A DNA stretch of 64,000 nucleotides from an uncultured delta proteobacterium (GTDB lineage Bacteria > Desulfobacterota > RBG-13-43-22): positions 224,001 through 288,000 of the forward strand of contig CAWJJC010000028.1 in NCBI GenBank assembly GCA_963843145.1. Direction: 5' to 3'. Both the position numbers and the translations under genes were made by a program. The notes beneath the pieces are model-generated. The model saw nothing but the letters and a program-made list of their open reading frames with translations. It was not told the DNA's origin and ran no database searches. Shown one piece after another: positions 45,633 to 54,284 of the stretch (position 1 is its first letter; each line of letters begins with the position of its first letter).

Positions 45633-46027
45633 ATTATCTCATTGATACCCATACCTTTTTGTGGGCGGTCTTTGACCCTGACCGGCTGGGTAGTAAAGCC
45701 GGGACCATCCTTCAGGACCCGGATCACATTATCCATGTCAGCGCGGTTTCCTTTTGGGAAATTTCACTCAAATACGCGATTGGGAAGCTCGAACTGTTAA
45801 ATATTCTACCCGATCAATTTCCTGAGGTGGCCAAGCGGATGGAGTTTGAAACGCTCAACCTGACCCCTCAAGAGGCGGCCACTTTTTACAAACTCTCCAA
45901 AGCAGGGCACCAGGATCCCTTTGATCGAATGATTATCTGGCAGGCGATTCACCAAAAAATGGTTCTCATTTCCAAAGACAAGCAGTTTAAGCATTACAAA
46001 GAAATTGGGCTTAAGGTGGTCTGGTAA
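45629..46027 (+). CDS. vapC: VapC PIN-domain toxin
   Basis: YLIDTHTFLW, SAVSFWEI, HQDPFDRMII...ISKD. Confidence 0.9.
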   Translation: MNYLIDTHTFLWAVFDPDRLGSKAGTILQDPDHIIHVSAVSFWEISLKYAIGKLELLNILPDQFPEVAKRMEFETLNLTPQEAATFYKLSKAGHQDPFDRMIIWQAIHQKMVLISKDKQFKHYKEIGLKVVW

Positions 46028-46051
46028 GATTCCTTGACTCTACCCGTTTTC

Positions 46052-47806
46052 TTAGGCCCAGCCTCGCAACCGATAGTAATCTTTCAACATCACTTGTAAA
46101 TCTGCTTCTGTAATCACCTTGCCGCTTTCCGGCAGCGCTTCGAGGTGAAACCGTTTAGGCAGAAGGTCGTCGGCCGGGGTCCAGCCTTCCCGGACATTGA
46201 ATTGATGGGTCAACCCGATAACGTGGTTGGTCATTTTTTCAATGTCTTCCTTCCCCCAGGTAAGGCCGGTGGTCATGTGGATGATCCGGGACAGCTCCGG
46301 CCAGGGGTAGAGGTCGCGGTAGAAACGGCAGAGGATCAGGGTGTCGAACAGGCAGAGGCGGTCCTCGAAATCCAGGAATAATTCAGCCTTGCCTTCGACC
46401 TGATCCGGATCGATCATCTTGGTCAGTTCGGCTTTGTAAAAAGTGGCCCGCAGGTGGCAGGCGCCCCGGTCGGAGGTGGAATACCCCAGGCCCACGCCCT
46501 TGAGCACCCGCGGGTCATAGCCGGCCGGCTCCATCCCCTTGACGTGGATGGCGATGTCCTCCAGACCCCATTCCCGGGCCGCGTGCTTGATCCCCTCGGC
46601 CAGGACGGCGCCGATTCCCTGACGATAGACGATTTGCTTGAGCAAGTCCGCAATGGCCGGCACGTCTCCGTATTCCAGTTTGTCCGGGATCTTTCCCCGC
46701 CGGGAGGCCTCGATGGCCAGCCCGGCCAGGTTGCCGGCGGTGATGGTATCGATGCCCAGGCGGTCGCAGATGTCGTTGAGGTAAAGAATCTCCTCGATGC
46801 TCGGAATCAAGCATAGACCGCCGAAGGCGTAAATAGTCTCGTATTCGGGCCCTTCCAAGGTCATACCCTGGCGCGGGCCTTCCTTGACCTTGCTCATCCG
46901 GCCGCAGGCGATGAAGCAGCGGTTGCAGGCCCGGGGCTGGACTTCGCAGCGTTCGTGGAGGCTCTGGGCGCTAATGGCCTCCCAGCCTTCCATCCGGCCC
47001 TTGGACCAATATTGGGTGGGGAAAGCGTTCACGCTGTTAAGGACCGAGACCATCATGGGGGTGCCGAAGTTGCGGTAATTCTGGGCTCCCTTATCGTCTT
47101 TCCCTTTGGCCAGGATCTCCTGGGCAAAGGCCTTCACCTCGTCCGGAAAGGCCATTTCCCGTTTTTGCCGGCCGTAAAAACAAAGGCCTTTGATTTTTTT
47201 GGAACCCAGCACGGCGCCGGTCCCGGTCCGGCCGGCGGAACGCCAGTAGTCGTTTTCCACTACGGCGAAGCGGACCAAATTTTCTCCGGCCGGGCCGATG
47301 ACCAGGGCCGCTCCCCGCTCTTCCGGGGCGCCCATCCGCTTTTTGCCCAGGCGCTTCAGGATTTCATCCTCGGCCGCGTAGGTATCCATCCCCCAGAGGT
47401 CCTGGGCCGGGTGAAAGCGGACCATCTCATCGCTGATCTCCAGGAAGACGGGTTCTCGGGAGGCGCCGGTGATCAGGATGGCGTCGTACCCGGTGCGGCT
47501 GATGGATTCGGCGGCCTTGCCCCCGGAATAGGATTCAGCGTAAAAACCGGTCTGCGGGCTCTTGGTGAAAATCCCGTGGCGGCAGGAGCCATAAATCGGC
47601 GTGTCCGTTACCGGTCCCCCGGCGATGACCAAATGGTTCTCCGGGGCCAGGGGGTCGACACCCGGAGGGTTGTGGTCCAGTAATAAACGGGTGCCCAAGC
47701 CTTTCCCCCCCAGGACCTTTTCCAGTACCTGATCCGAAATTTCCTCCACCCGGAAATACCGCGTCCCCGCGTTGATTTTTAATAGGCGATTAAAAAAGCC
47801 TTTCAT
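46052..47806 (-). CDS. aor: Aldehyde:ferredoxin oxidoreductase (tungsten AOR family)
   Basis: GGKGLG, TKSPQTG, IGPAGEN, GRTGTGAVLGSK, CNRCFIACG, EGPEYET, DRLGIDTI, RGACH. Confidence 0.93.
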   Translation of the reverse strand: MKGFFNRLLKINAGTRYFRVEEISDQVLEKVLGGKGLGTRLLLDHNPPGVDPLAPENHLVIAGGPVTDTPIYGSCRHGIFTKSPQTGFYAESYSGGKAAESISRTGYDAILITGASREPVFLEISDEMVRFHPAQDLWGMDTYAAEDEILKRLGKKRMGAPEERGAALVIGPAGENLVRFAVVENDYWRSAGRTGTGAVLGSKKIKGLCFYGRQKREMAFPDEVKAFAQEILAKGKDDKGAQNYRNFGTPMMVSVLNSVNAFPTQYWSKGRMEGWEAISAQSLHERCEVQPRACNRCFIACGRMSKVKEGPRQGMTLEGPEYETIYAFGGLCLIPSIEEILYLNDICDRLGIDTITAGNLAGLAIEASRRGKIPDKLEYGDVPAIADLLKQIVYRQGIGAVLAEGIKHAAREWGLEDIAIHVKGMEPAGYDPRVLKGVGLGYSTSDRGACHLRATFYKAELTKMIDPDQVEGKAELFLDFEDRLCLFDTLILCRFYRDLYPWPELSRIIHMTTGLTWGKEDIEKMTNHVIGLTHQFNVREGWTPADDLLPKRFHLEALPESGKVITEADLQVMLKDYYRLRGWA

Positions 47807-47837
47807 GGATAGGACCTCTTGAATTCTGAGATAGGGT

Positions 47838-47884
47838 TATTTGAATTTGTTACGAATTTAGTGTTTCGAATTTCGGATTTGAAT
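47838..47884 (-). repeat. Solo AAATCCG-heptamer arm between the ADH and AOR genes
   Basis: Minus strand reads TTCAAATCCGAAATTCGAAACACTAAATTCGTAACAAATTCAAAT. Confidence 0.75.
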
Positions 47885-47887
47885 TAA

Positions 47888-49048
47888 TTACCAGGCTTCC
47901 TCATATATATGCCGCGCGTCTTCCAGGGCGATGCGCCGGGGATTGTTGGCCAGGAGCCGGGTCACTTTCATGACGCCTTCCGCCAAGGTCGGGATAGCCT
48001 CCTGGGGGATATTCAGGTCCCTGAGCCTCCGGGGGATATTCAGGTCTTCCATCAGGTCCTCGACGGCCTCCAGGGCTTCCAAGGCCGCTTCCTTGTCGGT
48101 CAACGGATCGGTATCGAGGCCCAGGGCCGAACCGATGTCGGCAAACTTGGGCAGGTTGCCCAGCAGGTTGAAGCGCATCACGTGAGGCAGCATGACCGAG
48201 TTGGCCAGTCCGTGGGCCAGGTGGAATTCTCCTCCGAGGGGATAGGCAAAGGCGTGCACCGCCGTCACCCCGGCGTTGGCAAAGGCGATCCCGGCCAGGA
48301 GACTGCCTTCCAGCATGCGGGAGCGGGCTTCCAGGTCTTCCCCCCGGGCATAGGCGGTGCGGATGTTGTCGTAGAGTAGTTCCATGGCCCGGAAGGCCAG
48401 GTGATCCGTCAGGTCGAAGGCGTTGACCGAGGTGTAGGCCTCGATGGCGTGGATCAGGGCGTCCAGACCGGTGAGGGCCGTGACCAGGGGCGGAAGCCCG
48501 ACCGTCAGTTGGGGGTCGAGCAGGGCTACTTCCGGGAAGAGATAGGGACTGACAATCCCTTTCTTTAATTTTTCCTTGGTATCGGAAAGGATGGCGATGG
48601 GGGTGACTTCGCTGCCGGTGCCGGCCGTGGTCGGGACCAAAATTAGCGGCAGGCCGGGGTTGGGGACCAGGTCGATCCCGAAGAGGGCGTCGATCGGGCC
48701 GGGGTTGGTCAGCAACACGGAGGTCACCTTGGCGATATCCAGGGAACTCCCGCCGCCGTAGCCGATGAGCAGGTCCGCAGCCTCCTGACGGGATTTTTCC
48801 GCACACTGCTCCACCACTTCGATCCGCGGGTCGGATTCCACCCCGTCGAAAAGGGCGAAGGGCAGTCCGGCCGCCTTTAAGGGATCGGTCAGGGAATCCA
48901 GCAACCCGGCTTGGATGATGCCCGGGTCGGTGACCACCAGAACTTTTTTCCCCTTGAGAAGCTGTACCTCCGCTCCGATTGTTTCAACGGCCCCGGGGCC
49001 GAAGACGATTCGTTTTGTGGTTCTAAACAAGGTAATGCGGTTTAGCAT
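47888..49048 (-). CDS. Iron-containing alcohol dehydrogenase
   Basis: GGGSSLD, PTTAGTGSE, DALIHAIE, HAFAY...HGLAN. Confidence 0.93.
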   Translation of the reverse strand: MLNRITLFRTTKRIVFGPGAVETIGAEVQLLKGKKVLVVTDPGIIQAGLLDSLTDPLKAAGLPFALFDGVESDPRIEVVEQCAEKSRQEAADLLIGYGGGSSLDIAKVTSVLLTNPGPIDALFGIDLVPNPGLPLILVPTTAGTGSEVTPIAILSDTKEKLKKGIVSPYLFPEVALLDPQLTVGLPPLVTALTGLDALIHAIEAYTSVNAFDLTDHLAFRAMELLYDNIRTAYARGEDLEARSRMLEGSLLAGIAFANAGVTAVHAFAYPLGGEFHLAHGLANSVMLPHVMRFNLLGNLPKFADIGSALGLDTDPLTDKEAALEALEAVEDLMEDLNIPRRLRDLNIPQEAIPTLAEGVMKVTRLLANNPRRIALEDARHIYEEAW

Positions 49049-49070
49049 AGTAACCTCCTCTTGGAAAGAT

Positions 49071-49718
49071 CTAATCAGCCTGAAACACCACTCCCCGATC
49101 TATCTGGAAAATGTGGTTCAGCAAGCCGGCAGAATGTTGCAAATTGGACTCCGAAAGGATGACCGAAAGCCCCTCATGGATTAATCCCCCCACCACTTCC
49201 ACCAGCCGCTGAGATAGAGCCGGGGCCACGCCTTCAAAGGGCTCGTCCAACAGCAATAGCTTATGGCCGCACATTAACGCCCGGCCGAGGGCCACGAGTT
49301 TCTGTTGCCCGCCGGAGAGTTGAAGGGCCTTTCGCTTGGAGAAGACCTCTAATTCGGGTATCTCCTCGTAGATCTTCTTCAGACGCCGGGCCGCTTCCGG
49401 GTCCCGGCTGGCCCAGGCCGGGAGGAGGATATTTTCTTCTACGGTCAGTTCCGGTATCAAGTCCCGCTCTTCCGGCATATAACCGATTCCCAAACGAGTG
49501 CGGGCGTAGGCCGGGATGGCTCTTAAACTTACCCCGTCGAAATCAACCAGCCCGCTGCTGGCGGGGAGCAAACCCATGATACTGCGCATCAGGGTTGTTT
49601 TCCCGGCGCCGTTGCGGCCGATCAATCCCGCCACCGCCCCGGTCGGGAGCTCAAGCCCCACGCCCCGCAGGATCCTGACCGATTGGATGGAGACATTCAA
49701 ATCCCTAATTTTTAACAT
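49071..49718 (-). CDS. livF: Branched-chain amino acid-type ABC transporter ATP-binding subunit
   Basis: GRNGAGKTT, LSGGQQK, LLLDEP. Confidence 0.88.
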   Translation of the reverse strand: MLKIRDLNVSIQSVRILRGVGLELPTGAVAGLIGRNGAGKTTLMRSIMGLLPASSGLVDFDGVSLRAIPAYARTRLGIGYMPEERDLIPELTVEENILLPAWASRDPEAARRLKKIYEEIPELEVFSKRKALQLSGGQQKLVALGRALMCGHKLLLLDEPFEGVAPALSQRLVEVVGGLIHEGLSVILSESNLQHSAGLLNHIFQIDRGVVFQAD

Positions 49719-50517
49719 GATCGGCGCTCCCTTTTTTCCCGGACGCCGGTTGTCCCCCGCCGATGACATACTGGCGCACTTCAGGGTCGGCTAAGACGTC
49801 CTCCGGGTTGCCGTCGGCCAGGACCCGGCCTTCGTAAAAGGCCAGGACGCTGTCGGCGTAGCGGCTGACGATGTCCATATCATGCTCGACAAAAAGGATG
49901 GTTACTCCTTCGGCCCGTAAGGCCTCCAGGATCATGTCCATAATACCGAATTTTTGATCGGCGTTGATGCCGCTGGTCGGTTCGTCCAACAGCAGGATTT
50001 GGGGTTTCCCCACCATGGACATGGCGATGTCTAATACCTTTCGAACCCCCCCGGCCAACACCCGAGCCGGTTTGTTCCGGTAATCGGCCAGGCCGAACCG
50101 CTCCAGCATCGCTTCGGCGGCCTCCAGGTCCGATCGTTTTCGGCCGGGTGAGGGGGCCGTCTTTCGCGAAAAAAAGGATTTTCGGGCCAGGCGAGCGACA
50201 ATTCCCAGCCCGACCAGCAGATTATCCAGCACCGAAAGGGAATCATATAACTGGGGAATTTGAAACGAACGGCAGACGCCCAGCCGGGTGATTTCGCGGG
50301 GCGGCAGGGGGGTGATGTCCAGCCCCCGGAAGTGGATCGTTCCGGAACTGGGCTTCAGATACCCGGTAATCATATTGATGAAGGTGGTCTTTCCGGCGCC
50401 GTTGGCCCCGATAAGGCCGACCACCGTGTCCTTGGTGATGCTGGCGGATATATCCACCGCCGCCGTCACGGCGCCGAAATTTTTGCAGAGGCCATGGGCC
50501 TCCAGGATGGCGTCCAT
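49705..50517 (-). CDS. livG: Branched-chain amino acid-type ABC transporter ATP-binding subunit
   Basis: GANGAGKTT, RSFQIP, LLDEPTSG, VEHDM. Confidence 0.88.
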   Translation of the reverse strand: MDAILEAHGLCKNFGAVTAAVDISASITKDTVVGLIGANGAGKTTFINMITGYLKPSSGTIHFRGLDITPLPPREITRLGVCRSFQIPQLYDSLSVLDNLLVGLGIVARLARKSFFSRKTAPSPGRKRSDLEAAEAMLERFGLADYRNKPARVLAGGVRKVLDIAMSMVGKPQILLLDEPTSGINADQKFGIMDMILEALRAEGVTILFVEHDMDIVSRYADSVLAFYEGRVLADGNPEDVLADPEVRQYVIGGGQPASGKKGSADHVKN

Positions 50518-50518
50518 A

Positions 50519-51463
50519 TCACCCGCTCCTTTTGGCCGAGGTAAAAACGGACCAAAGCCCGGAGGGCAGGAAAAAGATAACCAGCAGCAGCGCCGTCCCC
50601 AGGACCATCTGCCAGGTGTTGGGGGAATACTCGTAGGCAAAGCTGCGGATGGCTTCAAAGATCAAAGAACCCAGAAAGGGGGCGGCCACGTGGCCCGTGC
50701 CGGCCAAAATGGCGATAAAGACAAACTCCCCGGAGTTGGTCCAGTAGGACATTTCCGGATCGATATGCCCGACGGTAATGGCCAGCAAGGCCCCGCCCAA
50801 GCCGGCCAGCGCGGCGGCGATGACGTATTTGACATGGATGGCGTTGCGCACCGAAGCCCCCATATACTCTACCCGGATCTCATTGTCCTTGATGGCCGGC
50901 GCCAGACGCCCCAGCGATGTTTTCAGATAGGCGTCCATGAGCAGGGCGACGATTACCAGGGAAACGAGCGACAGGGAGTAAACCCCATAGCGGGTCCAGG
51001 GAGTACCGGCCAAATGGAACCCGAACAGGGTGGGGATGGCCACATTAAAACCATCGGTGCTTCCCAGCGCCGAAGTTTTGACCAGCAATCCATAGAGGAT
51101 CATGGACAAGGCCAGGCTGAGCATGGCAAAGAAAATGCTGCGATAGTTGGCCAGGAGAAACCCCAGCAGGACGGCCACGATCCCGGCGACCAGGGCCCCG
51201 CTGAGTAATAAGAGGGAGCCATCGGTAATCCCGAAGGTGAGACCCAGCCACCCGGCCGTGTACCCGCCCAGACAATAATACAAGCCTTGGCCGAAGGATA
51301 CCAGGCCGGTCCGCAGTAACAGCATCAGCCCCAGGACTACGAATCCTTTGGCGGCCGAGATGGTGACTAAAAAAAGCAGCCAGCGGGGGAAGAAGTAGCC
51401 CGCGGGAAGCAGCACGATCAGGGCCAGGATCAGTCCCTTGGCGGTAAAATCGGTTTTTTTCAT
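50519..51463 (-). CDS. livM: Branched-chain amino acid-type ABC transporter permease
   Basis: GLVSFGQ, FAMLSLA, AIKDNE, multiple TM helices. Confidence 0.88.
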   Translation of the reverse strand: MKKTDFTAKGLILALIVLLPAGYFFPRWLLFLVTISAAKGFVVLGLMLLLRTGLVSFGQGLYYCLGGYTAGWLGLTFGITDGSLLLLSGALVAGIVAVLLGFLLANYRSIFFAMLSLALSMILYGLLVKTSALGSTDGFNVAIPTLFGFHLAGTPWTRYGVYSLSLVSLVIVALLMDAYLKTSLGRLAPAIKDNEIRVEYMGASVRNAIHVKYVIAAALAGLGGALLAITVGHIDPEMSYWTNSGEFVFIAILAGTGHVAAPFLGSLIFEAIRSFAYEYSPNTWQMVLGTALLLVIFFLPSGLWSVFTSAKRSG

Positions 51464-52356
51464 ATCTTGCGGGCCTCCAGGCCTCCGAATAAGCCTTGCG
51501 GTCGGAAGATCAGCACCAGGGCCATGACCAGATAGATGCTGAAAAGTTCGAATTCGGGCAAATAGTGAACCGCCATGGAGCGCACCAGGCCCACGATCAA
51601 GGAACCCATGGCGGCGCCGGGCAGGCTGCCCAATCCGCCGATGACGACCACGGCAAAGGCCAGGACGATCACCTCGATGCCCATACCGGGGACTACGGAT
51701 ACCGTCGGGGCGGTAGAGGCCCCCCCGATGGCCGCCAGCATGGCCCCCACGGAAAAGGTTACCAGGTAATAGCGGTTGACGTTGATGCCCATGGCCAGGC
51801 TGACTTCCTGGCTGTGGATGACGGCCAAGAGCAGCTTGCCGTGCCTGGTTCTCTGCAGGGCCCAGGTCAGCCCGACCCCGACGACGACCGCCAAACCCAC
51901 CAGGGCGAGACTATAGACGGGATAGGTCAGGCCGGCCAATTCCACGCTCCCCAGCAAGCCGTAGGGCTCGGAGACAAAATAGGGATCGACCCCCCAGATC
52001 AGCTTGATGGCGTCTTCCAGAATAAGAAACAGGGCGAAGGTCACCAGGAGGAGCAGAACTTCATCCTTCCCGTACATGAAACGGAGGAAACCCCGTTCCA
52101 CCAGCGGCCCCATCACCAGTCCCACCGCCACGGCCGCCAGGGCCAGCATGGCGTAACTGCCCAGGGGCGGATAGCCCTGCCCGAGCCAGAAGCTGACGGC
52201 GGTTGCCGCCGTATAAGCCCCCAGGGCGTACAGACTGCCGTGGGCCATGTTCAGGATTTTCAAGACGCCATAAATCAGGGTCAGACCCGCGGCGATGTTG
52301 AACAACCAGGAGGCGTACATGATGCCGTCCACCAGAACGGCCAACCATTCACCCAT
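51460..52356 (-). CDS. livH: Branched-chain amino acid-type ABC transporter permease
   Basis: GLTLIYGVLKILNMAHG, FAVVVIGGLGS, RPQGLFG. Confidence 0.9.
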   Translation of the reverse strand: MGEWLAVLVDGIMYASWLFNIAAGLTLIYGVLKILNMAHGSLYALGAYTAATAVSFWLGQGYPPLGSYAMLALAAVAVGLVMGPLVERGFLRFMYGKDEVLLLLVTFALFLILEDAIKLIWGVDPYFVSEPYGLLGSVELAGLTYPVYSLALVGLAVVVGVGLTWALQRTRHGKLLLAVIHSQEVSLAMGINVNRYYLVTFSVGAMLAAIGGASTAPTVSVVPGMGIEVIVLAFAVVVIGGLGSLPGAAMGSLIVGLVRSMAVHYLPEFELFSIYLVMALVLIFRPQGLFGGLEARKI

Positions 52357-52372
52357 TTTATGCTCCCGGGAT

Positions 52373-52397
52373 GACCGGGGCCTCGAGGGCCCCGGTC
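52373..52397. other. Perfect 10-bp stem-loop between the SBP and permease genes
   Basis: GACCGGGGCC-TCGAG-GGCCCCGGTC; typical position for an mRNA-stabilising hairpin. Confidence 0.6.
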
Positions 52398-52415
52398 CGG
52401 ATTTGAATATTCAGG

Positions 52416-53726
52416 TTATTTCTTGGTTTTAAAACCGGATTTGATCCAGTCTTCACTTTTTACGCCTTCAGGGGGATTCACCTTCTCCGCCGGGTAGCGT
52501 TTGATGTTCACGATTTTCAACTGTCCTTTTTCATGTTTGACCGTGCCGTAGGCGGTTTCCTGAATGGCCTGGTGTCCTTTGCCCAGGGCCATATTCACTT
52601 TACCGCTCGGGGTCTCATAGACCAGGTTTTCCAGGGCGGCGATGATCTGATCCTGCGTGGGCGCCTTGCCTGCCGCGGACCCTTGCGCTTTTTCATAGGC
52701 GGCTTTCAGGCCCAGAACGGCCATGGCCATCTTATAAGCGGGATAGGTGGGCGGGGTGGCATACCGATCTTGATAGGCTTTGCGGAACCAGCGGTTCAGT
52801 TCGTTGTCGGGGGCAAATACCCCGTGCGGACCGCGCCCGCCGATGATGGCCCCATCAGGGATCTGGGTAGCCAAGCGGTACATGGCCGTTTCTCCGGCGG
52901 TCATGACCACCAGACTTTTCTTAAACAGTCCCCGCGGGGCCGCCTGAAGGACGAAGGCTTCCAGGTCGCCGCCCCAGAAACTGGTGTGGACCACGTCCGA
53001 ACCGCTGGAGAGCAGGGAAGAAATTTCGGCGCCGTACTGACCGGCATAAATCTTGGGCATCTGGGAAACGCCTACCTGCGCGCCGGGGAACAAGACTTTC
53101 ATGGATTCCTCAAAGTCCTTCCAGGAATCCAGACCCCAGGCATAATTCTGATTGATGCCGGAGAACTTTTTGACCTTGGGTTTTAAATCGCGCACATAAT
53201 AGGCCGCGGCCACATTATCCATGGTGGCATGGGCGCCGGTCCGAAAGACGTATTTATAGCTGGCATCCTCGAAGATACGGGGGGTGCCGGCGTCAAAAAT
53301 AACGGTCAGCCTTTTGAGTTCCTCGGCCACCGGGGCGATGGCGATGGCATCCCCGCTGGAGATATAGCCGATGACCATATCCACGTTCTGTCGCTGCACC
53401 AGATTACGCAGTTCCATCACCTGCTTGGTGGCTCCGCCGGCCTCATCGATGAACACCACCTCGACGGGCGCTCCTCCAAATCCCTTGGTGGCATAAGGCG
53501 CGGCTACTTTTCCACCGGCGTTCAAGGCCTCGATCAAGACCTCAGCCCCGTTCCGGGCCGGGACTCCGAAAGGACCGGCGGCGGCGCCCGAAAGAAAGGT
53601 AACGATCCCAATTTTTATCGGTTTTTCTTCGGCTGCCAGGGAAGAGAGGGTGTTTCCCAGGGAAAGGGTCAGGACTACGAAGGATACAAAAAGAATCAAC
53701 CTCCACCGTTTACTATTCCGCTTCAT
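52416..53726 (-). CDS. LivK-type ABC transporter substrate-binding protein
   Basis: Signal peptide, PIKIG...LSGAAA, YKYVFRT, NYAWG; SD AAGGAGG. Confidence 0.9.
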   Translation of the reverse strand: MKRNSKRWRLILFVSFVVLTLSLGNTLSSLAAEEKPIKIGIVTFLSGAAAGPFGVPARNGAEVLIEALNAGGKVAAPYATKGFGGAPVEVVFIDEAGGATKQVMELRNLVQRQNVDMVIGYISSGDAIAIAPVAEELKRLTVIFDAGTPRIFEDASYKYVFRTGAHATMDNVAAAYYVRDLKPKVKKFSGINQNYAWGLDSWKDFEESMKVLFPGAQVGVSQMPKIYAGQYGAEISSLLSSGSDVVHTSFWGGDLEAFVLQAAPRGLFKKSLVVMTAGETAMYRLATQIPDGAIIGGRGPHGVFAPDNELNRWFRKAYQDRYATPPTYPAYKMAMAVLGLKAAYEKAQGSAAGKAPTQDQIIAALENLVYETPSGKVNMALGKGHQAIQETAYGTVKHEKGQLKIVNIKRYPAEKVNPPEGVKSEDWIKSGFKTKK

Positions 53727-54105
53727 TGCTAACCTCCTTGGTTGGATATTAAATGCGAAGAAATCGGGTTGGTGGCCAACCGGTCACGATCCGGGGTTGG
53801 CTGAAAGGGCCGGCAAGATCAGAAGCCGCTATCTCCCCGTTTAAACCTTCTATGGTCGCGCTGTCGTTCCCCCCTTTCTTTTTTGGACTCCAAGGGCCCG
53901 GTAAAGCCCCAGAAGACAGGTCGAATTAGGCATTGTAGGTCTTTTAAAAAAGATTTGTTGGAAACGTAGATCCGGATTCGAAGTCCCGAGTACCTTTTGG
54001 AAAACTCCTGCGCCGGGAGCCGTCGGCCGTCCAGGCCCGATTTGTGGGTTAATCTTCCCCATCTGGCGGCCATCCCCCCCCCCAGGCGAACCATCGAATG
54101 ATATA

Positions 54106-54122
54106 ACCAAGAAATGTGCCAA
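54106..54122 (-). promoter_or_regulatory. Sigma54 (-24/-12) promoter of the liv-adh-aor region
   Basis: Minus strand reads TTGGCAC-ATTTC-TTGGT (consensus TGGCAC-N5-TTGC). Confidence 0.7.
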
Positions 54123-54175
54123 AATAAAATGGTATAGATAATAAGCGGTTAGGATATTGATGCCGGATGAACCGG

Positions 54176-54283
54176 TGCAATAATGCAAAATTAAGTCGGA
54201 TTCGTGAGAATCTATAACTATTTTATAATATTATCAAATAGATCAATATATTGCATTTGTGCAAAGCAATTGCAATTATGCAA
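54176..54283. promoter_or_regulatory. Three TGCA-N4-TGCA palindromes, probable enhancer sites of the adjacent activator
   Basis: TGCAATAATGCA 54176-54187, TTGCATTTGTGCAA 54251-54264, TTGCAATTATGCAA 54270-54283. Confidence 0.7.
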
Positions 54284-54284
54284 T

